In this document: one piece after another, positions 9,462 to 19,600 of the stretch | Layout: every line of letters begins with the position of its first letter | How positions within the stretch are numbered: position 1 is the stretch's first letter | Source: an uncultured bacterium | Lineage (GTDB): Bacteria > CSSED10-310 > CAZUFC01 | NCBI GenBank assembly: GCA_964619725.1 | Contig: CAZUFC010000104.1 | Location: 1-29,976, forward strand | Reading direction: 5' to 3' | Length of the DNA: 29,976 nt | The notes under the pieces: generated by a model | Told to the model about the DNA's origin: nothing | Database searches by the model: none | What the model saw: the letters and a program-made list of their open reading frames with translations, nothing else | Made by a program: the position numbers and the translations under genes

Positions 9462-9874
9462 AAAAGGCATTGATTGATTCGGGACCTATGACTGCCTTGT
9501 TTAATTCACGTGACTCTTATCATGAGACGTCAAAAGCATTCATGAAGAGATGCCGATATAATTTAGTAACGACAATGGCATCGATAACCGAGGTGATGTA
9601 TTTGCTGGAAACGAATTTGTTTGCCGCTGCTGATTTTCTTGAATGGCTTGCAAGAGGCGCGGTGGAAATTGCGGATATAACAAGCGCTGATTTCACTGAT
9701 ATCAAGGAATATATGATGAAATACGGCGACCTGCCGATGGATTTTGCAGATGCAACGCTCATGGTTGTTTCAGATAGAGAGCGAATAAATAAAATAGCGA
9801 CGTTCGATTCGGACTTCGATATTTACAGAACTGCTGCGAAGGAGAAGCTGAATAACATCATTTCGATTCAATAA
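9458..9874 (+). CDS. vapC: PIN-domain toxin
   Basis: ALIDSG...ITEV...MDFADATL...IATFDSDF supply the conserved PIN acidic residues. Confidence 0.88.
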   Translation: MKKALIDSGPMTALFNSRDSYHETSKAFMKRCRYNLVTTMASITEVMYLLETNLFAAADFLEWLARGAVEIADITSADFTDIKEYMMKYGDLPMDFADATLMVVSDRERINKIATFDSDFDIYRTAAKEKLNNIISIQ

Positions 9875-9878
9875 AGAA

Positions 9879-9944
9879 GCCGAATATTGCTGCAGCCTTC
9901 CGACGACCAGATGCGACATCGGACCACGGCCTGCAATATTCAGC
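9879..9944. terminator. Imperfect hairpin between convergent genes
   Basis: gccgaatattgc (9879-9890) pairs with gcaatattcagc (9933-9944); an inner tccga/tcgga pair adds to the stem. Confidence 0.35.
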
Positions 9945-10102
9945 ATTCGTTTTTACCCGTATAAATTTCATCAAGCCGCCGGCATCCTCTTCAATAATGC
10001 TCAGCCGACAGTTAAAAAGAGTGAACAACCTTACAATTTACAGCATTTCACTAATAAACGAATTGAACAATTTCTGCTTTCCGGCTAAAACCTGTGCTTC
10101 GC

Positions 10103-13100
10103 TTAATTTTTCTTTCTTATGACTCCTGACAGGAATAAACCCATTAAAATAAATACGACTAAAATTCCTCGTGCGGTCAGACTCGGAACAGGAACAGGTT
10201 CAGGAGTCGTTGTTGCTGTAGGTGAAATGTAGGGCGTTTCTGTGGGAGGTTCAGGCGTTGATGTGAGTGTAGGCGGGTCAGTCGGCGATTGCGTAGGGGT
10301 TTCGGTCGGTGAGAGCGTTGATGTGGATGTGGGCGTTTCTGTAGGAGTGTCGGTCGGCGAAAGCGTGGATGTGGATGTGGGCGTTTCTGTAGGAGTGTCG
10401 GTCGGTGAGAGCGTCGATGTGGATGTGGGCGTTTCTGTAGGAGTGTCGGTCGGTGAGAGCGTCGATGTGGATGTGGGCGTTTCTGTCGGCGATTGAGTTG
10501 CCGTAGCGGTCGGCGTTTCTGTCGGAGGTTCAGGCGTATCAGTAGGTATGGGCGTATCTGTCGGTTCTGGAGAGGCGCTGGGTTCAGGAGTGGGCGAAGC
10601 TTCCTGTACCGAAAACGATCTGACCGCAGATTCAATCATGTTAACCTCATCTTCAGCCGTGACGTACCATTCATAGGAGCTCCCGTTATTAAGTCCCGTC
10701 CAGTCGAAAGAGAGGTTCGTTCCTGAGGGAACCTGCGTATATACGGCCAGCGTCTGGAAGGGTTCCTGGGGCGACATTTCCAGATCGAGAACGAATTCGT
10801 GGGCGTCCGATGTCAAATAGTCATCAATTGAAGGCGAATAAGTCTGCACGTAAATCTGATTATTGTCCGGAGAAAAGGTCATCAGACGCATATAACCGTT
10901 TCCGCCGTTAGGTCTGCACTGGTAATCGCTCAGAATCTGGTGGACTTCTTCTCCGTAGTCGTTCAAGTCTGTTCTTCGTGCCGCTTCACAGGCATGACCG
11001 CATAAAACCAGTTTTATGTTGTTGTTCATTCTGACCAGTTGATTCCAGAGATTATTCAAATAACTGCCGCTTCCGCTAAGATAAATATGCGTGGTCAATA
11101 TGCAGATTCGATCGGGATAAGCATCGAGCACGCTCTGGGCCCAGGTAATCAATCCTGAGGGCATTGCATATTCGAGATGGAGGAACAGCAAATCCAGTCC
11201 TGAAACGGTAAGGAGCTGATAATTGCTTTTGTAGTTTGAGGGAGCGTAATGACCGCCGAACCAGGGTTCTGACTCATATCTTGTGTAGGGGAAATATTGA
11301 TCGTAGAAATTAGCCGTTCCGTCGGAGTACTGATCGTGATTACCGGGGGTCAGTCCGTAGGGAATCTGGTCGTCAAGTATACTCATGGCGTTGTCAGCGA
11401 CTATCCATTCGCTTTCGATGGAATCCCTGTTTTCAACAATATCGCCCACATGCGTCACGAAAATAGTATTGTAGACATCTTTATTGTCCACGGCCCATTG
11501 AGTCTGATCGCTGAAATACTGCGAACCGGCCTGACAATAGTATTGAGTATCAGGTAGAACGACAAGCATGAAATCTTCCTGTGAACCAAGGCCGGTAACT
11601 TCCCTTCCGTAAAAGGTTACAGTCATCTCAGATTCTTCCGTATCGCTGACCGTGGCTTCCAGGGTAACGGAAGTCGGGAGATCGACGGCTCCATCGTCCG
11701 GGGACAGGAGTATGATTTCCGGAGGTTCATTGACCGGCGTTGAGGTTGGCCCTGGCGTTGGAGAGAGGTAGACGTATCCGCCTGTCCATACCGGTCCGTT
11801 GGTCAAAATTCCCGTATTGCCGTTTCCGGATGAGTCTGCGGCTGTCGTGCCTTCGCATTCGTTGAAACCCCAGCGTCCCACAAGTCCTGCAGCGGTTTCC
11901 ACTTCATCCGCAATAGTCGTCTGGATTTCCGCTTCGGTCCGGGCATAATTCCATACCCTTACTTCGTCCAGGATTCCGTCAAACGCGCCGCCGCCCGAAC
12001 CGTTGTCGTCAAGCGAGCGGGATATCGCAAAATAACAGGTGCTGTCCGAACGGGGCATGCCTCCGCCTTCATTCTGTTCCCCGTCCATAACGCCGTTCAG
12101 ATAAAGGCGGTTATAGGTCCCGTCGAATGTGCAGGCGGCATGGTTCCATATTCCATCCGTTACCGTCGTGTTTCCGTACAGCAGGTGATCGTAACCCGCA
12201 TAATTGGGACCGCCGGACGTTTCCTCCCAGCCTATGAACAGTTTCCCGTTTTCTGATATGCCGAAGTAGTAGTTGATGTCATAGGCGCTTCCGTCCGCAA
12301 AATTGGTCCCCTTGGTCACCATGGGCGAGACGTCGTACCATTTTGTCGTTCCGGCGCCTTCCCTGTAGAACCAGCATTCTATGGTGAAATTTGATAATCC
12401 CAGTTCAGGCAACAGCGGTCCGCCGAAGGAGAGGTAATCGTTGGAACCGTCGAAATCGATGCCGCAAGCTCCCGGAACTGTCGTGGGGGTCAAAGTGGGA
12501 ACCACAGTAGGCGTCGCAGTCGCAGGCGTCCCGGTAATGACAGGTGTCGGCGTATAATAGACGTATCCGCCTGTCCATACCGGCCCATTGGTAAGTGTGC
12601 CCGAATTATCGTTACCGGAAGAGTCGGCGGCCGTCGCACCCTCGCATTCGTTGAAACCCCAGCGACCGACCAGGCCGGCAGCCGTTTCCACTTCGTCGGG
12701 CATAGTCGTCTGGATTTCTGTTTCTGTCCGGGCGTAATTCCATATCCGTATTTCATCCAGAACGCCGTCAAAAGCGCCGCCGCCCGAACCGTTGTTATCC
12801 AGCGAGCGGGATATCGCAAAATGACATGTGCTGTCTGAACGGGGCATGCCGCCCCCTTCATTCTGCTCACCATCAAGAACGCCGTTCAAATAAAGGCGGT
12901 TATAAGTCCCGTCGAAGCTGCAGGCCGCATGATTCCACACCCCGTCCGTCACTGTCGTGCTTCCGTAAAGGAGATGATCATATCCGGGAGAATTGGGGCC
13001 GCCAGACGTCTCCTCCCAGCCGATGAACAGTTTCCCGTCTTCGGATATGCCGAAATAATAGTTAATGTCATAAACGCCGCCGTCCATAAAATTCGTCCCC

Positions 13101-14857
13101 TTCGTCACCATGGGAGATACGTCGAACCACTTCGCTGTCCCGGCGCCTTCCCTATAGAACCAGCATTCTATAGTAAAATTCGATAATCCAAGCTCCGGCA
13201 ACAGCGCTCCGCCGAAATACAGGTAATCGTTGGAACCGTCGAAGTCGATCCCGCAGGCGTCAGTAAGAGGGCTCGGCGTTGATGTCGGTATCGGCGTTGA
13301 TGTCGGTATTTCAGTCGGCGTAGGAGTACTGTAAACGTATCCTCCCGTCCAGACCGCTCCGTTTGTCAGCGTTCCCGTATTGTCGTTTCCGGACGAGTCC
13401 GCAGCCGTCGTACCTTCGCATTCGTTGAAACCCCAGCGCCCAACCAGGCCGGTCGCGGTTTCCACTTCATTCGGCATGTCGTTCTGGATTTCCGTTTCAC
13501 TACGGGCGTAATTCCATACCCGTATTTCATCCAGAACGCCGTCAAAAGCGCCGCCGCCCGAACCGTCGTCCTCCAGAGAGCGGGATATCGCAAAATGACA
13601 CGTGCTGTCCGAACGGGGCATGCCGCCTCCTTCATTCTGCTCACCGTCAAGAACGCCGTTCAGATACAGGCGGTTATAGGTCCCGTCGAACGTGCAGGCC
13701 GCATGATTCCATACTCCGTCCGTCACGGTCGTGTTTCCGTAAAGAAGATGATCGTAACCGGCAAAATTTGGGCCGCCGGACGTCTCCTCCCAGCCGATGA
13801 ACAGTTTCCCGTCTGCGGATATGCCGAAATAATAGTTTATGTCGTAAGCGCCGCCGTCCGCAAAATTGGTCCCTTTCGTCACCATGGGCGACACGTCGTA
13901 CCACTTCTCTGTTCCGGCGCCTTCCCTGTAAAACCAGCATTCTATAGTAAAATTCGATAATCCCAGCTCCGGCAACAGCGGTCCGCCGAAGGAGAGGTAA
14001 TCGTTGGAGCCGTCGAAATCGATCCCGCACTCTCCCGGAGTCGCAGTCGGCGTGACTGTCGGAACGACGGTAGGCGTCACTGTCACGGGAAAAGAGTACC
14101 CGGTCGTCCATGATACTCCACCGGTGAGAGCGCCCGTATTGCCGTTGCCTGACGTATCCGCCGTCGTGCTGCCCGTGCCCTCATTAAAGCCCCAGCGACC
14201 TGCCAATCCGCTCGCCGTTTCAATCTCATGGTTCATGCTCCCCTGAATTTCCGTCTCGCTTCGCGCATAATTCCATACTCGTACCTCTTCCAATACTCCG
14301 TTGAATGCTCCGGTACCCGATCCGTTGTTGTCCAGAGACCTGGATACGGCGAAATGACACGCGCTGTCATAACGCGGCAACCCTCCGCCTGTCGATTGTT
14401 CGCCGTCCAGGTTCCCGTTCAGGTACAATCTGTTGACCGAACCGTCAAAAGTGCAGGCCGCATGATACCACGTGCCGTTCGATACAACCGTATCTCCCGT
14501 CAGAAGATGATCGTATCCGGCAAAATTCGGGCCGCCAGACATTTCTTCCCAGCCGATGAATAAACGCGAATCTTCGCTTATTCCAAAATAATAATTGATG
14601 TCATAATTCCCGCCATCGGAAAAATTGGTTCCCTTCGCAACAAGAGGTTCGGCGTTGTGCCACCTTCCTGTTCCTGTCCCCTCACGATATATCCAGCATT
14701 CAATCGTAAAGTTCTGCAATCCCAGTTCAGGCAACAAATCGCCGCCGAAGGAAACATATCCGTCGCTTCCGTTAAAATCCAGCGCATGCTGCGCCAGGCA
14801 AGGCAAAGCCGTGAATAAAATCAGGGCTGATACAATATAAAACTTTCTACCGGGCAT
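10103..14857 (-). CDS. Secreted 4x LamG-like jellyroll protein with calcineurin-like metallophosphoesterase, PT linker and IPTL-CTERM-like tail
   Basis: Four FTIECW...W[YN]HAAC[TS]FDG...LYLNG...[DE]E[VI]R[VI]WNYAR repeats; MPP motifs LPDTQY, HVGDIV, GNHD, TTH, LCGH; ends VPSLTARGILVVFILMGLFLSGVIRKKN. Confidence 0.85.
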   Translation of the reverse strand: MPGRKFYIVSALILFTALPCLAQHALDFNGSDGYVSFGGDLLPELGLQNFTIECWIYREGTGTGRWHNAEPLVAKGTNFSDGGNYDINYYFGISEDSRLFIGWEEMSGGPNFAGYDHLLTGDTVVSNGTWYHAACTFDGSVNRLYLNGNLDGEQSTGGGLPRYDSACHFAVSRSLDNNGSGTGAFNGVLEEVRVWNYARSETEIQGSMNHEIETASGLAGRWGFNEGTGSTTADTSGNGNTGALTGGVSWTTGYSFPVTVTPTVVPTVTPTATPGECGIDFDGSNDYLSFGGPLLPELGLSNFTIECWFYREGAGTEKWYDVSPMVTKGTNFADGGAYDINYYFGISADGKLFIGWEETSGGPNFAGYDHLLYGNTTVTDGVWNHAACTFDGTYNRLYLNGVLDGEQNEGGGMPRSDSTCHFAISRSLEDDGSGGGAFDGVLDEIRVWNYARSETEIQNDMPNEVETATGLVGRWGFNECEGTTAADSSGNDNTGTLTNGAVWTGGYVYSTPTPTEIPTSTPIPTSTPSPLTDACGIDFDGSNDYLYFGGALLPELGLSNFTIECWFYREGAGTAKWFDVSPMVTKGTNFMDGGVYDINYYFGISEDGKLFIGWEETSGGPNSPGYDHLLYGSTTVTDGVWNHAACSFDGTYNRLYLNGVLDGEQNEGGGMPRSDSTCHFAISRSLDNNGSGGGAFDGVLDEIRIWNYARTETEIQTTMPDEVETAAGLVGRWGFNECEGATAADSSGNDNSGTLTNGPVWTGGYVYYTPTPVITGTPATATPTVVPTLTPTTVPGACGIDFDGSNDYLSFGGPLLPELGLSNFTIECWFYREGAGTTKWYDVSPMVTKGTNFADGSAYDINYYFGISENGKLFIGWEETSGGPNYAGYDHLLYGNTTVTDGIWNHAACTFDGTYNRLYLNGVMDGEQNEGGGMPRSDSTCYFAISRSLDDNGSGGGAFDGILDEVRVWNYARTEAEIQTTIADEVETAAGLVGRWGFNECEGTTAADSSGNGNTGILTNGPVWTGGYVYLSPTPGPTSTPVNEPPEIILLSPDDGAVDLPTSVTLEATVSDTEESEMTVTFYGREVTGLGSQEDFMLVVLPDTQYYCQAGSQYFSDQTQWAVDNKDVYNTIFVTHVGDIVENRDSIESEWIVADNAMSILDDQIPYGLTPGNHDQYSDGTANFYDQYFPYTRYESEPWFGGHYAPSNYKSNYQLLTVSGLDLLFLHLEYAMPSGLITWAQSVLDAYPDRICILTTHIYLSGSGSYLNNLWNQLVRMNNNIKLVLCGHACEAARRTDLNDYGEEVHQILSDYQCRPNGGNGYMRLMTFSPDNNQIYVQTYSPSIDDYLTSDAHEFVLDLEMSPQEPFQTLAVYTQVPSGTNLSFDWTGLNNGSSYEWYVTAEDEVNMIESAVRSFSVQEASPTPEPSASPEPTDTPIPTDTPEPPTETPTATATQSPTETPTSTSTLSPTDTPTETPTSTSTLSPTDTPTETPTSTSTLSPTDTPTETPTSTSTLSPTETPTQSPTDPPTLTSTPEPPTETPYISPTATTTPEPVPVPSLTARGILVVFILMGLFLSGVIRKKN
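10302..10490 (-). repeat. Intragenic 48-bp tandem repeat (~4 copies, TETPTSTSTLSPTDTP)
   Basis: tcggtcgg(t/c)ga(g/a)agcg recurs with a 48-bp period. Confidence 0.9.
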
Positions 14858-15319
14858 AATTTTTCCCTTTCTGAAAAATAGTCAATACCCTTTTCCAGAC
14901 AAGACAAAATCGACATCATTCTGACGGATTTATCCTGATCCGAAAAAAAGACTTCCTTTATAAAATTTTATCCCTCACTCCATTTCCAAACATCTCTTTC
15001 ATGTTTGGAACTCATAATGGATATATTTAAAAAGGTGAAAAATGTCAAAAAATGAAAACAGCGGGTAATGGCCCGATTTGAAAAAATCCTTATCGTAATC
15101 AACATATTTAAAATTAATGAAAAGAAACGGATACAATAATTTTCATTTTGAAGTAATGGAAGATGGATCGGTATGCAAAGTATGGCAAGAATCCTTGACA
15201 TCATAGAAAGGGATGATATTATTTCGACGATGGATAAGTTTGCACGCGACCGGATACAAAAAGGATATCCATTCAACGAAGGTTTTCCAAGGAAGAACAC
15301 CCAAAGTTCAAACGATAGC

Positions 15320-15622
15320 AAGCCGAAAAAGAAGTTGTTGGAGAAATAGGTGTGGAAATCAGAGCGAGGCATTACAGCAGAAGAACAGAACAGACCTAAA
15401 CTTCATGGATTAATCCGTTTATTTTTTTCACGGAAAGCGACATCCCGAAAAAATGGCTGAAATTGAAACCAATCAGTTCCTGACACATCTTAGGGAAAAA
15501 GGTTAAGATATAAGAATCGTCCAATAACTCCTCGGATAGTAAGATGTGAAAACCGCCATGATTTATACTCATGTTATCGACTGGGGCAGAAAAGGAGTCG
15601 TCAGCCCCGTTGACGACTGTAA
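15320..15622 (+). pseudogene. intI: Integron integrase, internally deleted and decayed
   Basis: Hand translation: KPKKKLLEK*...RARHYSRRTEQT*TSWINPFIF/HGKRHPEKMAEIETNQFLTHL then REKG*DIRIVQ*LLG**DVKTAMIYTHVIDWGRKGVVSPVD. This is the IntI N-terminal domain joined to the C-terminal box II, with stops and frameshifts. Confidence 0.88.
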
Positions 15623-15699
15623 AAGAAAATTATTATGTTTACGCAGAAAACCGCTGAATAAAAAAGAAGGAGAGATAAATGAACATGAAAACAATTTAC

Positions 15700-15737
15700 T
15701 TTGTGGCGCATAGGAATGATCTACAAAAGTGTTACGC
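15700..15737 (+). other. Putative attI recombination site
   Basis: ctacaaaagtG|TTACGC (G at 15731) lies between intI and the cassette gene and resembles the A-rich-then-GTT layout of attI cores. Confidence 0.4.
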
Positions 15738-15754
15738 GGGCAGAATCGACGTGT

Positions 15755-15783
15755 TTGCTCGTGCCAAGCGGTTTCCGTATAAT
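15755..15783 (+). promoter_or_regulatory. Sigma70 promoter for the cassette gene
   Basis: TTGCTC(15755)-N17-TATAAT(15778); GAGGT RBS before the ATG at 15816. Confidence 0.6.
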
Positions 15784-15815
15784 TATGCTTCGGCAAGACG
15801 AGCGAGGTAAGTCAC

Positions 15816-16328
15816 ATGCGAATACCAGTTTTTGTTTCCTGCCCAACGCAGCTGAATGCGAACCAAGAGAAATGTCGCAATATTCTCCTGTCTATCTTCG
15901 ACGATCTTCAGTTGGAGCCACGTGCTCTTGGAAGGTCCGACTACCCTAAGGATGTTCCTTTGAAAGAGGTGCTCGTCATTGCCAGGCATTGCCACGGTGG
16001 TGTGATACTGGGCTTTGAGCAGTTCTTCTCGACTTCCGGATTGTGGAAACGGGGATCGAAGGAGGAGAGGAAGGCCAGCAAAGCCAAGCCGGCAGCTTTC
16101 CCAACGCCATGGAACCATTTGGAGGCCGGCATCCTGTTCGGTCTAAGGCTTCCGCTGCTGATCTTCCGGGAAGCAGAGGTATTTGGGGGCATTTTCGACA
16201 TTGGCAGCAGCGAGGTATTTGTTAACTCGATGCCCCCACCGAACCCCGACCAGAAGAAACTCGATGAGCTCAAAGAAGTCTTCCTGAAGTGGCACTCTGA
16301 AGTGACATGGACATACTACAACGTGTGA
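15816..16328 (+). CDS. Integron cassette protein with TIR-like / nucleoside-deoxyribosyltransferase-like fold
   Basis: N-terminal VFVS strand, CHGGVILGF strand and TPWNHLEAG helix with a putative catalytic Glu, then LPLLIFRE. Directly followed by attC. Confidence 0.6.
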   Translation: MRIPVFVSCPTQLNANQEKCRNILLSIFDDLQLEPRALGRSDYPKDVPLKEVLVIARHCHGGVILGFEQFFSTSGLWKRGSKEERKASKAKPAAFPTPWNHLEAGILFGLRLPLLIFREAEVFGGIFDIGSSEVFVNSMPPPNPDQKKLDELKEVFLKWHSEVTWTYYNV

Positions 16329-16335
16329 AGGGAGA

Positions 16336-16396
16336 GCCGAACCAAGCCATGCACAGGGCGAAGCTATCGCGTCGCCCGTGATGGTACCGGTTAAAA
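16336..16396 (+). other. attC site (61 bp)
   Basis: R'' GCCGAAC, 5 bp, L'' CATGCACA, GGGCGA/TCGCCC stem, L' CGTGATG, 6 bp, R' GTTAAAA; extra unpaired base at L'' position 4; begins 8 bp after the stop codon. Confidence 0.85.
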
Positions 16397-16678
16397 TTTA
16401 AATTGAATATGTCAGTCATATACAAAAATTATCCCTTTTTATCAGTTTCCATATAAATCAATCCTCCTTTCAGTCCAGGATATGATTTTTGAAGCGCATG
16501 CATGCATCTGTAAAAATCTGATTGCTTATTATGGCGAATTCTTATTAAATGCGAAACGAAACGACATTTTGACATTCGAAGCCGCAATCCTTAAATAGAT
16601 AATGACAAGCGCCTTTTAAAGCGTGAATGAAAAAATGAAAATATATTTTCCATCAGATCAACCTTGAAAGGAGCTCTC

Positions 16679-19600
16679 ATGAGATCATTGTTCTTTTTGT
16701 CGTTCGCCGTTTTAATAATTCTCTCTTTTTCCTGGGATGGACAAAGTTTGCATGCGGAAGGGGCTGCAGGCGCAAGTAAGGTTTTGGAGGGTTCAGCCTT
16801 TCGAGAATCGAAGATGATCGATGTATCAAAAAAAGGCTTATCGATTGAGATGGAAAATGAGCACAGAGAGGACGTTCTGAGTCCTGCGGGGCCTCCGGAG
16901 CTTGAAGAAGCGGTGGAGATAAAGCGCGAGCAATTTGTCATGAGCGGAACGGGTTCGCATTTCAGGTTATGCGTAACCGACTGGGACCAGGACGGCGTAA
17001 AGGATTTGCTTGTGGGGGTGAACGACGGAAGAATCCGAATTGTAAGCAATACGGGAAGCGAAACCGAACCTTTTCTGGAAAACGGCGCCTGGTTAAAATC
17101 AGGCTATAACGACATTGATGTAGGCTGGAACGCGTCGCCCCGGCATTTCGACTGGAACAGCGACGGCAGGCGTGATCTGCTGGTCGGCGACAGCGACGGT
17201 CGCGTCAGGTTCTTTGCAAACACAGGCAGCGAATCGGCGCCTCAATTCGGATCAAGCATAACGTTGAACGCCGGGTACGGAGTTCTGGACGTAGGAATGT
17301 CCGCCAACCCTTTTCCGGTGGACTGGAACAACGACGGCAAGCATGATTTGGTAGTCGGCGGCCATGACGGTCAACTGCATTTATTCCGCAACATCGGTTC
17401 GTCTGCCTCTCCTCAGCTTGCTGCCGGAGAAGCCTTAACGGCCGGTTATCAATCTATAGACGTTGAAACTGATTCCCAACCGCGGGTAACAGACTGGGAC
17501 GGAGACGGCAAAAAGGACCTTCTCGTATCCGGCCGGGGGTCCTACGGCGCTAAATTATCTTTATTTCTCAATGAAGGCACGGATGCGAATCCGTTGTTTC
17601 AATCGGAAACGATCCTGTATTCTTCCGAGAGCTACATTCCATACGCGTGGCGCCAGGGATGGGATTTCTGCGACGTCAACGGCGACGGGGTTGAAGACCT
17701 GGTGAAGGTGAACGCTGATCGAGCGATAAGTTATATGCCTAACAAGGGGACGAATTTCAACAGGATATACGATGAAACGTTGTATATGCCGGGGTCGCAG
17801 GCTACTTCCATTTATTACAACAACATGATGAGCAACCGGATCGTCGACTGGGATGAAGACGGCTTGAAGGACCTGATGTTATGCGTAAAAACGCATGATA
17901 ATGCGGTATACATGATAATGAACACCAATACGGAGGAAGACCCGGAATTGACCGGTCACATAATGCCGGCGACGGTTACGGGAAAGCGCGTGGGAGCGGG
18001 TTTCGATTATGATACTCCAGAGATAGTCGACTGGAACAATGACGGCAAAAAGGACATATTGATGGGCCGTCACGACGGTTCCTGCGGGGATATTTATTTA
18101 TATTTAAACGTCGGGGAGAATTATGATCCCTTATTCGCGGACAAGCAGAAATTAACGGACGGATATGTGGACGTGGGACCCCGTGAGGTTATCGACGTTG
18201 AGACGGCGGATTGGAATTCCGACGGCAGGAAAGATTTGCTCGTGGGGAGCAATTTACGTCAAAGCGGGGGCTGCCTTCAGTATGTATTTTTAAATGAAGG
18301 CACGGATGCGGAGCCATCATTCTCTTCCGGCGACGTATTGGAATATGGTCCTGTGGGATACGAATCGTTACTGACAGGAACCAACTTAACGGTTCCGCAT
18401 GTCTGGGATTATGAGGAGGACGGCGATCCGGACATAATCATAACCGCGGCCTGGACATCCAACAGGCTGATGAAATACAACAACCACGGCGTTCCCGGCT
18501 CCCCTAATCTCATGCAGGAGGGACAACTTGAAGCAGGCTACGGATACGTCGGACACGTGCATGCTGTTTTCCCGGACGTATGCGACTGGGATGAGGACGG
18601 CAGGAAGGACCTGACGGTCTGCGAGCGAGACGGCGTTTTCTTCTATCGTAACGCTCAGGAAAACATGACGTCGCCGAACGAGGTTTCCGGTTTAGTTGTG
18701 GACTCTGTGACCGAGACGACGGCATCCTTGAAATGGACCAATCCTTCGGATGATGATTTTGCGGGAGTCATTATAGCTCGGGCATTTGAAGACATAACCT
18801 GGAAACCTTCGGACCGGCAGCATTATCATGTTAATGAGGGAGTCGAGACAGCGCCCGGGGTTGAGATCGTATACCGGGGGGATGAGGATCATTCGACTGT
18901 TCCCTGGACGGACGAAGGTTTATTGCCGGGCCATTTCTATCATTATAGAATTTTTACCTGCGACAAGGTGTTGCCTGCGTATTCGATCGACGGCGTTCAA
19001 ATTGTGGCTTTGACGAACGGCGATACGGTTACGCCCACCTTTTCGCCGACGCCCACAGATACCCCTACTCCGACGGCAACGGCGACGCCTACTCCTGTGG
19101 GAGAACCTGAATTCGGCAATAAAATGGAGATCACGCGGGAAGTTCATATCATCCCGGAAGATGGATGGCGATACAGACCCTGGGCTACCGATTGGGATAA
19201 AGACGGAAAGATGGACCTGCTGACCGGTTGCACCCATGGATATGTCAGGTTGTGCATAAATTCAGGCTCAGCACAGAATCCCCAGTTCCAGGATGCAGGG
19301 CGTTTAAATGCCGGTTACTCAAATATTGACGTCGGCGATCATTCAAGCCCCGTTCATTATGACTGGAATTCGGACGGCAAAAGGGACCTGTTGATAGGCA
19401 ATGCAGCAGGCCAAATAGAGTATTTGGAAAATCAAGGATCAGATACGGTTCCGGTTTTTGCCGGATCGAATACTCTTCAGGCCGGTTATGGAGTTCTTGA
19501 TGTGGATCATTATGCCGAACCCTTTCCGGTAGACTGGAACAACGACGGAAAAGACGATCTGCTGGTCGGCGGTCATGGCGGTCATGTTCATTTGTTTTTG

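Noticed and set aside
9879-9944. Hairpin after vapC as an attC site
   Set aside because: Ends are AAT/ATT rather than AAC/GTT, the spacer region is fully paired, and there is no clear L-box extra base.
11760-14790. LamG repeats as DGR template/variable repeats
   Set aside because: All copies are coding, differences are not adenine-specific, and there is no reverse transcriptase in the window.
15397-15542. In-frame TAA/TAG in intI as stop-codon reassignment
   Set aside because: The stops replace different residues (Y, E, H, K), frameshifts co-occur, and intact genes end normally in TAA/TGA.
14968-15796. Listed ORFs 14968-15372(-), 15213-15413(+), 15569-15796(-)
   Set aside because: No recognisable motifs; they overlap the intI remnant and AT-rich intergenic DNA.
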